Below are positions 9,421-21,000 of a stretch of DNA of 64,000 bases, one piece after another. A program made the position numbers and the translations under genes. The stretch is from Bacteriovoracia bacterium (GTDB taxonomy: Bacteria; Bdellovibrionota; UBA1018; JBFWNL01), in assembly GCA_050251055.1 (NCBI GenBank), contig JBFWNL010000001.1, forward strand, positions 491,825 through 555,824. Direction: 5' to 3'. Each line of letters begins with the position of its first letter. Position 1 is the first letter of the stretch. Under the pieces are notes generated by a model. It made no database searches. It was not told where the DNA came from and saw only the letters and a list, made by a program, of their open reading frames with translations.

Positions 9421-11103
9421 TCAGTGCACGAGCTTCTTGTACTTGATACGATGCGGTTCCATCGCGTGCTCACCCAGCCGCCGCTTCTTATCGGCCTCGT
9501 ACTCGTGGAACCCGCCCTCGATGAGCACGACTTTGCTATCGCCTTCGAACGCCATGATATGCGTGCAGACGCGATCTAAAAACCAGCGATCGTGGCTGAT
9601 CACGAGCGCGCAGCCCGTGTAACTCGCGAGCGCTTCCTCGAGCGCGCGCAAAGTGTTCACATCCAAATCATTGGACGGTTCGTCCAGTAAGAGCACGTTC
9701 GCCCCGGTCTTGAGGATCTTCGCCAGGTGCACGCGATTACGCTCTCCGCCGGAAAGGATGCCGACCTTCTTCTGCTGATCCGAACCCGCGAAATTAAAGC
9801 GCGCGCAATAGGCCCGAGACGAAACGTCACGGTTGCCGATCGTGATCACTTCGTTCTTGCCACCGGAAATTTCTTCCCAAACCGTCAGGTCGGGATTCAA
9901 AGCGTCGCGCGATTGATCGATGTAGGCCATTTTCACCGTATCGCCGATCCGGATCGTGCCGCGATCGGGCTTCTCTTGGCCGGTGAGCATGCGGAAGAGC
10001 GTTGTCTTACCCGCGCCGTTAGGTCCAATGATACCCACGATACTGCCCGGAGGAATATTGAATGAAAGATCGTCGATCAGAAGCTTGTCGCCAAAAGCCT
10101 TCGAAATACCATTGGCTTCGATCACGAGGTTCCCCAGGCGTGGGCCACCGGGGATGTAAATTTCCATTTCTTCGAGTTTTTCCGGCCGATCCTCCGCCAC
10201 CAGACGCTCGTACGCGGCCACGCGGGCCTTGCTCTTGGCTTGGCGGGCTTTCGGGTTCATGCGCACCCACTCCAGCTCGCGTTCCAAAGTTTTCTGTCGC
10301 TTCGTCTCCGCCTGCTCTTCTTGCTTCAAGCGATCATGCTTCTGCTCGAGCCAAGAGGAATAATTTCCCTTCCACGGAATGCCGTGGCCACGGTCGAGCT
10401 CCAGGATCCAGCCCGCGATGTTGTCGAGGAAGTAGCGGTCGTGGGTGACGGAAATCACGGTGCCCGGGTAATCCTTTAGAAAGCGCTCCAGCCAGTAAAC
10501 GGATTCGGCGTCCAAGTGGTTGGTAGGCTCGTCCAGCAGCAAAACATCGGGCTTTTGCAGGAGCAAGCGGCACAAGGCCACCCGGCGCTTTTCCCCACCG
10601 GAGAGCTTCGTCACGTCGGCGTCCGAAGGCGGTAAACGGAGCGCATCCATCGCGATCTCGAGCGTCCGATCGAGCTCCCATCCATTCAAGTGCTCGATCT
10701 TCTCCTGCACCGTGGCCTGTTCCTCGAGCAGCTTTTCCATTTTGTCGGGATCCAGGTTTGGATCCGCAAAAGCCTCCGAAATTTCCTGGAAGCGGCGGAG
10801 CATGGTCACTACTTCGCCCATGCCATCCATGACGTTTTCTTTCACGGTCTTCTTGGGATCGAGATGCGGCTCTTGCTGCAGGTATCCAAAGGTCACGCCC
10901 TGACTCGCAATGACCTCGCCGTTAATGTTCTTTTCCTCGCCCGCGATGATCTTCATCAGCGTCGACTTACCCGCGCCGTTTAGCCCCAGGACGCCGATCT
11001 TGGCGCCGTAGTAAAACGACAGGTACATGTCGCGAACGACCTTCTTATTGGGCGGAAAGATCTTGCTCACGCCCACCATGGAAAAGATGATTTTTTCAGA
11101 CAT
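9421..11103 (-). CDS. ettA: Energy-dependent translational throttle ABC-F protein EttA
   Basis: Two ABC domains (GLNGAGKST, LSGGEKRR, GPNGAGKTT, LSGGERNR), ELEWVR linker, C-terminal PHRIKYKKL. Confidence 0.95.
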   Translation of the reverse strand: MSEKIIFSMVGVSKIFPPNKKVVRDMYLSFYYGAKIGVLGLNGAGKSTLMKIIAGEEKNINGEVIASQGVTFGYLQQEPHLDPKKTVKENVMDGMGEVVTMLRRFQEISEAFADPNLDPDKMEKLLEEQATVQEKIEHLNGWELDRTLEIAMDALRLPPSDADVTKLSGGEKRRVALCRLLLQKPDVLLLDEPTNHLDAESVYWLERFLKDYPGTVISVTHDRYFLDNIAGWILELDRGHGIPWKGNYSSWLEQKHDRLKQEEQAETKRQKTLERELEWVRMNPKARQAKSKARVAAYERLVAEDRPEKLEEMEIYIPGGPRLGNLVIEANGISKAFGDKLLIDDLSFNIPPGSIVGIIGPNGAGKTTLFRMLTGQEKPDRGTIRIGDTVKMAYIDQSRDALNPDLTVWEEISGGKNEVITIGNRDVSSRAYCARFNFAGSDQQKKVGILSGGERNRVHLAKILKTGANVLLLDEPSNDLDVNTLRALEEALASYTGCALVISHDRWFLDRVCTHIMAFEGDSKVVLIEGGFHEYEADKKRRLGEHAMEPHRIKYKKLVH

Positions 11104-11262
11104 TCCCGGGTTATCGCATGCGGGCGGGCGGCGGATCAAACGCAAACTAGGCCGGCCCGGACGGTCGAAAGTGACACAGAGAGCCCTCTAAATACCGGAT
11201 CATTAAACTCAATTTTTATCTCCATTCGACCGATAGGCCCTGGGTAAGGAGAACGTCCACGC

Positions 11263-11877
11263 ATGTCGAAGTCGGTATTCCGTTTTGGGGCCCTCACTCT
11301 CATGGTCACTGCTTTCATCTTGGCGAGATCGGCGGCGGCCGCTCCTCCCGCCGAGAAGGACGCCGACCCTGATGCCAAGTACGATCGCATGGACGGCCGC
11401 GGAGAAAGCGGCAAGCGCGTGGACGTGGTCGAATGGGAGGGGAACCTAGAGATTCACGTCTATCCGGCCGGTAGCCTTTCGGGGCTTGCGCTAAAACTCG
11501 AAAAGACCAAAGACAAAGCCGTCATGGTGATCGGTTATCGCTTCAACAATGCGCCCCAGAAGCAGCTCATCCGCCGCGCGATCTTAGGCGTTCCCTTCGC
11601 CGAAGGCTTCAAGGTTTACCGCGACAAGTCGGTCGATGAATACGATAAGATTATCATTTCCAATAATGCGCTATCGGGCGATGTGGTCGCGTTCAAACTC
11701 GACGCCGAGCCCAAGCAGCTCTACCCGGATGGCCATCCCGCCAACGGCGTGGCGGCAACCGAGGCGCAGGCGCGCAAGCCCGCGCAAAACAAAGCGGCCG
11801 CCGAGACCATCACCGATGACGATCTCAAGGGGAATCACCTAAAGGAGAAGGGCGCCGTCAAGTCGTTCGAGTGGTAG
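11263..11877 (+). CDS. Secreted hypothetical protein
   Basis: Signal peptide; globular core (DRMDGRGESGKRVDVVEWEGNLEIHVYP); AAGGAG RBS. Confidence 0.7.
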   Translation: MSKSVFRFGALTLMVTAFILARSAAAAPPAEKDADPDAKYDRMDGRGESGKRVDVVEWEGNLEIHVYPAGSLSGLALKLEKTKDKAVMVIGYRFNNAPQKQLIRRAILGVPFAEGFKVYRDKSVDEYDKIIISNNALSGDVVAFKLDAEPKQLYPDGHPANGVAATEAQARKPAQNKAAAETITDDDLKGNHLKEKGAVKSFEW

Positions 11878-14581
11878 CGAGCCGCCCCCGGCCGCAAAGA
11901 TCGTAGTACGAACAATGATCGCACTCCGTCCGGTCCTTGGGATGGGGGGTAAACCGTCCCGCCAGATAAGCCCGCGTCTCTTCCTGAATGGCCGCCCGAA
12001 ACTCCTGCCAAACCTGATCCGGCAGCCGATCCTCCGGCATCAAACTCTTCGAGCGTCGCGTGAGATCCGTCAGGGAACCCTCCGACTTTCCATTCCATTT
12101 CGAAAAGAACACCCCGCGCCCCCGAGCGCCCGTTCGATCCAGCTGCACGAACTGCACGCCCAGCGGCGCATGCCCCAGCTTCTCCTGCGCGGCGAGCGCG
12201 TAGGCGGGAAGCTGCAACCGGTAACGGTCTTGCAGCATGCGCTCCCCCGTCGGAACGGCCGACGAGGTCTTGTAGTCGATGATCAATACACCATCGCGGT
12301 GCGCGTCCACTCGGTCGGGCACTCCGTAGATCTGCGCCTCCGGCAGATTCAGCGTCAACGCCCCGCCGATGGCCCGCTCCACGGATAGGATCTCGGTCTT
12401 GGCGCGCAGCCAATAGCGTTTCTCCTCCTCCGTGAACAGATGAAGCACCTTCAAATACCGGGCGTGCGCGTAACCGCGCAATCGACGCCCATCCAGCATC
12501 CCTTGCGGGCGCGTGTGCTCCCAGGCCCTTTCCAGCGCCGCCTCAACCGAGACAGAAAATTCTCCGTCGGGTTGACGGCTTAGCAGCAAGAGCTCAACCG
12601 CTTTATGCAAAAGCCTGCCCTTATACTCTGGCCATGGCTCGATCATGGGCTCGCGTCGATCACCGAGCCGCCAGCGATACGAGCCCAACGCCTGGAAGGC
12701 GCACCGGCTGTAACGGTCGAGCTCGGAAGCCCGAATACGCGGAAGCCCTGACGACGACACGGCGACTTCCGGCAAGGAAACCTCCTGTGGCTGCAGCTGA
12801 GAGGGAGAGCGAAAGCTCGCCTGCCACCGCGAGTGGGCTCCTTGGATTTCGGGGGAAGCGAGCGCGCACCCTAACTCCGTCCAGACCACCGCCGCGGACT
12901 CCAGCTCCGCGCCATCCCAATCGTATTGGGACTCTAAAATCGTTACCTTCGCAACCCGCCCTAGCCAGGCCTGAATACTCGCTTTTTTCTCTTTCACGAC
13001 ATGCAGCGGCGATCGAATGCCAAACTCTTGCGCCAGGCTCTCTCGCTCACGGGCCGAAAACCAATAGTCCCCCGCGTCCGCGCTCGCACCGGCCTGCGCG
13101 GGGTCGAGCCATTGCGCGGGCAAGCCCAGGCAGAAAAGCTCTTCTCCCTCCTCCACGGAAGGCAGTGGAATGGGAGCCTGCCCCAAACGATGCAACACGA
13201 CCCCGCGACGCGGACGAAGCGGCGGCACGGGCGGGGGCATCTGCTCCAGGTTCTCCCCCAATCTCTCCTGCCAGTGACGGGCGGGCGCTCGCTGACTGCC
13301 CAAACCCAGAAGCTCCTGGTCCGCCAGCACCTGGCCCCAGGCCTGCTCGAGCACGCGCGGCACCCAAAGGGGCAGTTCCGCCCGCAACGATTTCAGCTCC
13401 TGTAAATGCGCGAGCGCCATTTCCGTGGCGGTGAGCTTGCCTCCCAAACGAGTCTTCAAGCCGGAAAACTCCTCGTGGACGAGCACGAGGTTCCCTCCCC
13501 GATAGCGGTTCAAGCCCTGGCGAATTCCCCGGCTGAGAATTTCCTGGATCCAAGCTCCACACTCGGGATGCTCACTGCGGGCCCGCCGCAGCCATGAAAT
13601 CGCCTCGGCCCGCGGAAAATCCTCGGCCACGAGCCGCAGGGGTTGAAGCGCGAGCTTCAACGCTTCCGAGTACCGAAGTAGAGTGGGATCGCGGGGGTTT
13701 TCGAGCGGCAAGCCTCGCTGCGCGAACGCCCGGGCCACCGAGCGCCGGTAGGCCGGGTCATCCGGAATCAGCACGGTGGCGCGCTCCCAACGCCCGACTC
13801 CGCCTACCTCCATGGCCAGCTGGTCGGCCAACGCATCGGCGGCGTCATCCGGCGTGTGCCACTGCTGCCAGTCCCACCGAGGCCCCGCGGCGGGATCGGC
13901 GGGGGCGCTCACCGGCGCCCGATACTCCGCCACTTCCACGTGGTGCGCGAGCTCTTCCCGAAACGCGGCCTGCACCGGATGGAGATCTTGCACGGAGAGA
14001 AAAACAATCCTATCTGGCGGCGAAGCGCCCACGCCCAGGCTCGACGGAAGCCCCTCGCGCAGACGTTGGGTCGCCTCCCGCAAAAGGCGGGGCATATCCC
14101 ATTGCCCGCTTTCGGCGAGCCAGGCATCCCAGGCGCGTGAAAGGACCCGGATCTCCTCGCGCACGGGATTCTTACCGAAGCGCTCGTCCAAACGTTGATG
14201 CAACACGGCCTCTTCCTGCTCGTGAGCGAACGAAAGCCTTCCGGAATGGAGCGAGCGATCGAGTTTGCGAAAAAACGAACGCTGGCGCCGGAGTCGCTTC
14301 AGTTCCGGAAAGTAGCGCCCCACGCCGGGCTTGGCGAGGAGCTGCTTGAGCACCCGTTGGCGGGAAACGGGGCCCAACGTGCGCCCACCCGCCACCTCGG
14401 GCAGGCAGCGCAGGGCGAGCTCCTCCCAGGAAAGCACCGCGTGCGAGGCCATCGCCGCGCCCTGACGGAAAAAATACGCCTTCACTTCCTCGCGTGAAAT
14501 CCCCGCTCCGAGACAGAGCCAAACCCGGGGACTTAACCCCTGCACGTCGGTCAGGCGAATCTCAGAAACCGTTTTCGTCAT
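11858..14581 (-). CDS. addB: AddB/RexB-like PD-(D/E)XK nuclease with Fe-S staple
   Basis: C-terminal GVPDRVD...IIDYKTS...LQLPAY nuclease motifs; four Cys (SRCAF and CDHCSYYDLC). Confidence 0.75.
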   Translation of the reverse strand: MTKTVSEIRLTDVQGLSPRVWLCLGAGISREEVKAYFFRQGAAMASHAVLSWEELALRCLPEVAGGRTLGPVSRQRVLKQLLAKPGVGRYFPELKRLRRQRSFFRKLDRSLHSGRLSFAHEQEEAVLHQRLDERFGKNPVREEIRVLSRAWDAWLAESGQWDMPRLLREATQRLREGLPSSLGVGASPPDRIVFLSVQDLHPVQAAFREELAHHVEVAEYRAPVSAPADPAAGPRWDWQQWHTPDDAADALADQLAMEVGGVGRWERATVLIPDDPAYRRSVARAFAQRGLPLENPRDPTLLRYSEALKLALQPLRLVAEDFPRAEAISWLRRARSEHPECGAWIQEILSRGIRQGLNRYRGGNLVLVHEEFSGLKTRLGGKLTATEMALAHLQELKSLRAELPLWVPRVLEQAWGQVLADQELLGLGSQRAPARHWQERLGENLEQMPPPVPPLRPRRGVVLHRLGQAPIPLPSVEEGEELFCLGLPAQWLDPAQAGASADAGDYWFSARERESLAQEFGIRSPLHVVKEKKASIQAWLGRVAKVTILESQYDWDGAELESAAVVWTELGCALASPEIQGAHSRWQASFRSPSQLQPQEVSLPEVAVSSSGLPRIRASELDRYSRCAFQALGSYRWRLGDRREPMIEPWPEYKGRLLHKAVELLLLSRQPDGEFSVSVEAALERAWEHTRPQGMLDGRRLRGYAHARYLKVLHLFTEEEKRYWLRAKTEILSVERAIGGALTLNLPEAQIYGVPDRVDAHRDGVLIIDYKTSSAVPTGERMLQDRYRLQLPAYALAAQEKLGHAPLGVQFVQLDRTGARGRGVFFSKWNGKSEGSLTDLTRRSKSLMPEDRLPDQVWQEFRAAIQEETRAYLAGRFTPHPKDRTECDHCSYYDLCGRGRLATTRTT

Positions 14582-14602
14582 TTTTTAAGTCTAAGCGCTC
14601 CG

Positions 14603-15649
14603 TCAATACTTCAGGCTCACCGGCTCGTCTTCGATTCCGGAGCCACCCCAAGGATAGACATGAACTTCACAACCTTGCTTCGCGCGCGGCTTCACCACCT
14701 GGCCCAATTCCCAAGCGCTCTCGCCGGAGTTGCGGATGGCCTTCAGCACCGTGGAAGCGGAAGCCTTCGGCACCGCCGCCACCATGCCGATCCCGAGGTT
14801 GAAAGTCTTCGCCAGCTCATCAAATCCCAGGCCGCTCGCTTCGCGTGCCCAGGCCACCACGCGCGGAACTTCCGAAAGATGCGGCAGGTGAATCTCGTAG
14901 CTGACCCGGCTCGAAATCCGGGGGACATTCAAGAAAGCCGATCCCGTGATATGAGCCAGCCCTTTGAACGCGCGCTTCTTCAGCAGCGGCGCCAGCGCTT
15001 TCACGTAAATTTTCGTCGGGGTGAGCAGCTCGCGAGCCAGCGTCTCGGATTCCCCGCCCGCAGGGAGCAGCTTACGCAAAAGACTGAATCCGTTGCTGTG
15101 CATCCCGCTCGAACCCACGCCGAGTAGGATGTCCCCCGGGCGCACGTCGCGGCGAGGCAGGACCCGCGGGTTCTCGACTACGCCCACGGCGAAGCCTGCT
15201 AGATCATACTCTCCCTCACGGTAGATATCGGGCATCTGGGCGGTCTCGCCGCCGACCAAGGCGCACTTGGCCTGGGCGCAGCCGGCCACCACGCCCTTCA
15301 GCACGGATTCGACGACGCCGGGCTCGAGTTTCCCGATGGCGATGTAATCCAGAAAGAACAGCGGCTCGGCGCCCACACAGAGCAGATCGTTCACAGACAT
15401 CGCGACTAAATCGATTCCGACCGTGTCGTGCTGGCCCAACTGAAACGCCAGCTTCAGCTTCGTTCCCACTCCGTCGGTCGAAGCGGCTAGACAGCGCCGC
15501 TTATCGAGCGCAAAAAGAGACGCGTACCCGCCCACGGCACTCTTGACCTTACCGGAATGGGTCAATCTGGAAAGCGCGGCGATCTTCTCGACCATCTGGT
15601 CGGCCGCGTCCCGGTTCACTCCCGCCTTTGCGTAATCTAAAGTCGCCAT
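14603..15649 (-). CDS. purM: Phosphoribosylformylglycinamidine cyclo-ligase
   Basis: TDGVGTK, GGETAQMP, GMHSNGFSL, HITG motifs. Confidence 0.95.
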   Translation of the reverse strand: MATLDYAKAGVNRDAADQMVEKIAALSRLTHSGKVKSAVGGYASLFALDKRRCLAASTDGVGTKLKLAFQLGQHDTVGIDLVAMSVNDLLCVGAEPLFFLDYIAIGKLEPGVVESVLKGVVAGCAQAKCALVGGETAQMPDIYREGEYDLAGFAVGVVENPRVLPRRDVRPGDILLGVGSSGMHSNGFSLLRKLLPAGGESETLARELLTPTKIYVKALAPLLKKRAFKGLAHITGSAFLNVPRISSRVSYEIHLPHLSEVPRVVAWAREASGLGFDELAKTFNLGIGMVAAVPKASASTVLKAIRNSGESAWELGQVVKPRAKQGCEVHVYPWGGSGIEDEPVSLKY

Positions 15650-15651
15650 AA

Positions 15652-17244
15652 TCAGTGCCTAAAGTGCCGTACTCCCGTGAACGCCATGGCCATGCCGTGC
15701 TCGTTGCAGGCCTGGACGCTATCCTTGTCTTTCATGCTTCCCCCGGGCTGTACGATATACCGCAGCCCGCAGCGGTGCGCTTCGTCGACGGTATCTCGGA
15801 ACGGAAAAAAAGCATCGCTTACCATCACGCAATCGTCGAGCGCGCGACCACTTTGACCCAGCACCGAAAGCGCGCGCGGCACCGCCAATATTTTTAACGA
15901 ATCGATGCGGTTCGGCTGACCTTGGCCCGCGCCCACGAGCTGGAACGCGCCTCCCGGAGCCTCCGCCACGATAACGATCGAATTGGACTTCACGACCCGG
16001 CAAATCGCGCCGCCAAAGGCGGCCAACTGAGACTTGGCCGGCGGAAACGCCTTCTCCGTGACGGAGCGGAGGGCTTCACCGCCCGGGCCTGCTCCCCCGG
16101 CGTCCGGCGTCTGCACCAATCGCCCCCCCGGCACGGTAGTGGAAAGACGAACCGCGGTGTTCACGAAGCGCTCGATTCGCACGGCCTTGAGGTTCTTACG
16201 CGCCGACAAAAGCTGCGCCAGCACGCCCTGACCGGCCCTGAGCTCGGGAGCGGCAATCAGCTCCACGAAACGTTCTTTAAAAAACGGGGCCACGGTGGCA
16301 GAGAGCGGATCGGTGAAAAGCAAAACGCCGCCAAACGCCGAAACGGGGTCTCCCGCCCAGGCCAGCTCGAGCGCCCGCATCTGCGCGTCGCCCGGCGCTC
16401 CGCTTTTTGGCACCCACGCCACGCCACAAGGATTATTATGCTTGATGATCACGACGCCCGTGTACCCATCACCATGAATCTGCTTGAGCTCGCAGGCCAG
16501 ATCAAAAGCGGCGGAAAGATCTAAAATATTATTATAAGAAAGCTCGTTCGGAGTGAGCGCGGCTTCCTGCCCACCTCCCGCCGGCCACGCAATCGGGGAA
16601 TCCGCATCGACCTCGAGCCATCCCCGCTGATGGGGATTCTCGCCGTAACGAAGCGCGTGCCGCCGCTGCCCGCCCATTTCCCAGGCGATCGCCGCATCAT
16701 AAGCTAAAATCATATCCCAGGCGGCCGCGGCCGCGCGCGCGCAAGTCGCGTCGCCTACTTCGCCATCCCGCTTAAGTTGCACGATGACTCCTTCGTACTG
16801 AGAGGGATGCGTCAGTACGAGCGTATGCGGGGAGTTTTTCGCGGCGGAGCGCACGAGCGTCGGGCCGCCGATATCAATTTCGTCGACGAGCTTCGCGCCC
16901 GTAGCCCCCGAAGCCACCGCCTTTTCGAAAGGATAAAAATTCACGACCACGCAATCGATGGGCGAGATGCCCAGTTTCTTTAAGTCCGCCTCATCCACGG
17001 CGTCGCCGCGCCGATAAAGAATGCCACTGCAGACCGGGAACGAAAGCGTCTTCATGCGGCCTTGGAACGCCTCCGGGCTACCCGAAACTTTCTCGATGGG
17101 CGTGATCGGGATACCGGCTTGTTTCAAGATCTCGGCCGTTTTACCGGTGGCGACGATCTCCGCGCCCTGTTCCCGCATCGCGAGAGCTAACGGTGCGATA
17201 CCCGTCTTATCGGTGCACGTAAAAAGCGCGCGACGAATCTTCAT
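15652..17244 (-). CDS. purH: Bifunctional AICAR transformylase/IMP cyclohydrolase
   Basis: DIGGPTLVRSAAKN, LRYGENPHQ, KHNNPCG, SDAFFPF, GVRHFRH; start trimmed to MKIRRALF. Confidence 0.95.
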   Translation of the reverse strand: MKIRRALFTCTDKTGIAPLALAMREQGAEIVATGKTAEILKQAGIPITPIEKVSGSPEAFQGRMKTLSFPVCSGILYRRGDAVDEADLKKLGISPIDCVVVNFYPFEKAVASGATGAKLVDEIDIGGPTLVRSAAKNSPHTLVLTHPSQYEGVIVQLKRDGEVGDATCARAAAAAWDMILAYDAAIAWEMGGQRRHALRYGENPHQRGWLEVDADSPIAWPAGGGQEAALTPNELSYNNILDLSAAFDLACELKQIHGDGYTGVVIIKHNNPCGVAWVPKSGAPGDAQMRALELAWAGDPVSAFGGVLLFTDPLSATVAPFFKERFVELIAAPELRAGQGVLAQLLSARKNLKAVRIERFVNTAVRLSTTVPGGRLVQTPDAGGAGPGGEALRSVTEKAFPPAKSQLAAFGGAICRVVKSNSIVIVAEAPGGAFQLVGAGQGQPNRIDSLKILAVPRALSVLGQSGRALDDCVMVSDAFFPFRDTVDEAHRCGLRYIVQPGGSMKDKDSVQACNEHGMAMAFTGVRHFRH

Positions 17245-17254
17245 CGAAAGCCTC

Positions 17255-18028
17255 TCATCGCGATCCCTTCGCTTCCTGAAACGCATTCTCGAAAATGGCC
17301 AGGCCATCCCCGGGCGAACCCGCGGCGTCCGGCCGTGAAGTCCAGTCCGGGTGGGAAGTCCAGCGCACGAAGGCCTCGGGATGCGGCATGAGCCCAAAGA
17401 TCCGGCCCGTGGTATCGCAAAGGCCCGCAATACCGCTCTCACTGCCGTTCGGATTCGGACCATCGTAGTTCAGACAGAGCATGCCTTGCCGCTCGAGTTT
17501 GCTCAATACTTCACCGCGACTCATGGGCGCGACGATGATCCGTCCTTCGCCGTGCCGAATGGGTAGATCGATGGTACCCACGCCGCGAAGCCAAGCGCAC
17601 TTATTGCCTTTCGGCGCCACCCGGACCCAGCGGTTGATAAAATGACCGTCCTGGTTATGTGTGATCGACACGGCTTTGCCAAACAGGCCCATCCGAATCA
17701 GCGCCTGGAAACCGTTGCAAATGCCGATCACCAGCCCCCCCCGCGTGGCATAGGCGTGCAAGTCCCAGCGCAGGGCATGCAAGATCTTCAGCGCCAGCAC
17801 CCGGCCCGAGGCCAGATCATCTCCAAAGGAGAAGCCACCCGGAAGGGCCACGGCCGAAAACTCGCTGGAAAGCTGGTCGAGATTCATCTTGCGCTGGATG
17901 AGCTCGTTCAAATGAAAGACTTCCGCATCGAAGCCAGCCAGTCGGAACGCTTCCGCGGTCTCGGCCTCGCAGTTGATGCCGTCGCCGGTGATCACCAGCG
18001 CCTTCAGGGTCTTGGCGGCGGGACTCAT
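17255..18028 (-). CDS. purQ: FGAM synthase glutaminase subunit
   Basis: GINCE, GGFSFGD, GICNGFQ (catalytic Cys), GLMPHPE; ATG overlaps the purL stop. Confidence 0.93.
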   Translation of the reverse strand: MSPAAKTLKALVITGDGINCEAETAEAFRLAGFDAEVFHLNELIQRKMNLDQLSSEFSAVALPGGFSFGDDLASGRVLALKILHALRWDLHAYATRGGLVIGICNGFQALIRMGLFGKAVSITHNQDGHFINRWVRVAPKGNKCAWLRGVGTIDLPIRHGEGRIIVAPMSRGEVLSKLERQGMLCLNYDGPNPNGSESGIAGLCDTTGRIFGLMPHPEAFVRWTSHPDWTSRPDAAGSPGDGLAIFENAFQEAKGSR

Positions 18029-21000
18029 TCCCAGTAATCCTCCCTCACCCAGGCTCGGCGTAGCTCGGTGATCGGCAACGACCACGACCTTTGGCCTTCG
18101 ATACTCACTTCGAGCGCTCCCCGATTCGTGACCGAGCCGAGGTGCCGGAACGGAATCCGGTAGCGTTTCCACTCGTCCTCGAGGTTCTTCGCGTCCTTCG
18201 CACTAGCGGTGATGAGGAAGGAATGAAACCCCTCGCCGAAAGAAAACTCCCAGGGGTCTTCGATTTCCTTAAGATCGATCGCAGCGCCCAGGCCCCGCGC
18301 CAGCAAGCATTCCGCGAGCGCGACGAGCAATCCCCCTTCCGAGAGATCATGCATCGAGCGCAGCTGCGCCTGGAGCTCGCCTTTGGCGCGGCCGATCCAT
18401 CCGTATAGGTCCTGCGCCATCTCCCAGTTCGCGCTCGGGGCGCGGAGCCCTTTCTTGCCGGGCGCACTGGAGGGCACGACCACTTGCTTCTCGTTTCCCC
18501 CGCGTTCGCGTAACTTGTCGGAACACGCGGCGTGCAGCTCGGAGCCATAGAGCCCCAATCCTTCCCCGCCCAAGAGATAAATTTGATCGCCCAGCGCCTT
18601 GAAATCCGAGGTGCGCGCGAAGCGTACATCGGCGATACGCCCGACCGCGGTCATGAGCAAGGTAGGTACGACCGAAATGGTCACATCTTTACCCTCGCGC
18701 TTACCGCGGAAATCGTTTTTCATGCTGTCTTTGCCCGAAATAAGCGGCGCTTCGAGCGCCAAGGCAGCTTCCTTCATGCCGTAGCAGGCGCGCACAAGGG
18801 CGGCCGCCTTGCCAGTATCGGCCACCGGATCCGGCCAGCAGAAATTATCAATGAGTGCTACGAGCGCCTTCTTCGTGCCGAACTCGGCGCCCACGCAGAG
18901 AATATTGCGGATCGCCTCGTCTACAGCGGCCTGGGCCATCAGGTAAGGATCGAGATCGGAAAACTTGGGCTGAATACCGCACCCCACCACGAGACCGGCC
19001 GCCGAGTGGGGCTTGGGTTTGATCACCGCGGCGTCGTTGGGGCCGCTCCAGGCTTCGGTTGTCCCCGAGTTCACCGTATGCAATGGCTTCACCACCGAGG
19101 TGCCCTGAACCTCGTGGTCGTATTGCCGGATCAACCACTCCTTGGAGGCGATGCCGGGACGCGCGAGTAACTCGAGCAGACGAACGGGCGCTTCCTTATC
19201 GAAGGAAAGCTCCACCGCGCCTGGGCTTGGCGGCATGCCCGTCCAAACCGCTTCCAGCTCGAGCTTAGGTACGCCGTCGTGCAAAAACTCCAAATTCAGT
19301 AGGCCCACGATTTTTTGATCATGGAGAATTTCGAAGTAACCCGTATCGGTAAACTCACCGAGGTCGCTCACCTCCACGTCGCGCGAAGCGGCGAGCGCGA
19401 GGAAAGCCTTGAGTTTTTCAGGCGGCACCACCACCGTCATGCGCTCCTGCGATTCGCTCACCACTAGTTCGTACGGCTTCAGGCCCGGGTACTTGGTCAA
19501 GGCCCGCGCCACGTCCATGCGCGCGCCGTTGGAGATCGTGGAGAGCTCACCCACCGAGGAAGAAAGTCCGCCCGCCCCGTTATCGGTAAGCGCTCGGTAC
19601 AGGCCCAGATCGCGCGCCTGCAGGAGGAAGTCCGCCGCGCGCTTCTGCGTAATGGGATCACCCAGCTGTACCGCCGTGACGGGTGAGTTTTCGTCGAGCG
19701 CCAAGGACGAGAACGTCGCCCCGTGGATTCCGTCCTTGCCGATGCGTCCGCCCACCATGCAAATGCGATCGCCCGGCTTCACTTCCTTGGACTCGCACGG
19801 GCGGCCATCGATCTTCAGCGGCAAAATCCCACCCGTGCCGCAGTAAACCAGTGGTTTGCCCAGATAGCGCTGGTCGAAGACCAGCGCCCCGTTCACCGTG
19901 GGAATGCCGCTCTTGTTCCCGCCATGTTCCACGCCCCGGCGCACGCCCGCCAAAATCCGGCGCGGATGAAAAATTCGGTCCGGCAACGGCGAAGCGAAAT
20001 CCGGGGCCGCCAGGCAGAAGACATCCGTGTTGAAAATGGGTTTCGCACCCAGGCCGCAGCCCAAGATGTCGCGATTCACGCCCACGATGCCGGTGAGGGC
20101 CCCGCCGTAGGGGTCCAGCGCCGAAGGGCTGTTATGAGTCTCTACCTTCACGCAAACGGCGTCTTCCTCGTCAAAAGCAACAATCCCGGCGTTATCTTTG
20201 AACACTGACAGCAGCCAAGGACGTTCGATCTCGCGCGTGGTCCCCGCGACCGTCTCCTGGAAGAGGCTTTCGACTTTCTTCGGGATGCGCGTGGAAACTC
20301 CGCGGGCGGACTCCTCAGCGATGTTCTCGCTGTAAGCGATCCGGGCGTTGAAAAGCTTGTGCTTGCAGTGCTCCGACCACGTCTGGGCCAGAACTTCCAT
20401 CTCCACATCCGTCGGCAGGCCTAAGCCCATGGCTTGGCGTTTCTGCTGGGTGGCCGGATCATTATAATGGCCACGGATGGCCTGCATCTCGGCAAGCGTT
20501 AACGCCCACAGGCTCTTGCGGCTCAGCTCTTCGAGCTGTTTGTCCGAGAGCTTGCCGAGATCGTAGGTCATGACCGGGGCAGCTTTGGCCTGCGCATGAT
20601 TACGGATGAGGACCTTCGGCAACTCCCACTTGACCTGGTCGGGCTGGAAACGCTCGATCTTCTTTAACTCGTCATGCGTACGCACGGTCCAAGACTCGAT
20701 GAGCTCGTTACAAAATACATCGCGGGCCAGCGTCGTAAGGTCGTTATCCCCAAGCTCCGGACCCTCTACCAGCAAGAGCTGGCCGCTAGCGGCGCGGGCA
20801 TTATCGAGCTTCGTGCCCAAGACGATCTCCAAGGCCTCGAGCGTCGTACGCGCCACGTTGTCGGTTACCCCTGGTCGGAACCGGCGTTCCAAACCCCAAA
20901 AGCCGCCGCTGCGGTAAGGCGCCGCGTCCAGCAGATCTTGAATGCCGCCGTGGCGGCCGGATGCCGAGGGAATCAAATCGCCGGTAAAAAGGAGATTGAG

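Noticed and set aside
17245-17463. N-terminal extensions of purH (and similarly purQ, dapF, ettA, HEAT gene) in the ORF track
   Set aside because: They overlap upstream genes or leaders; downstream starts match family N-termini.
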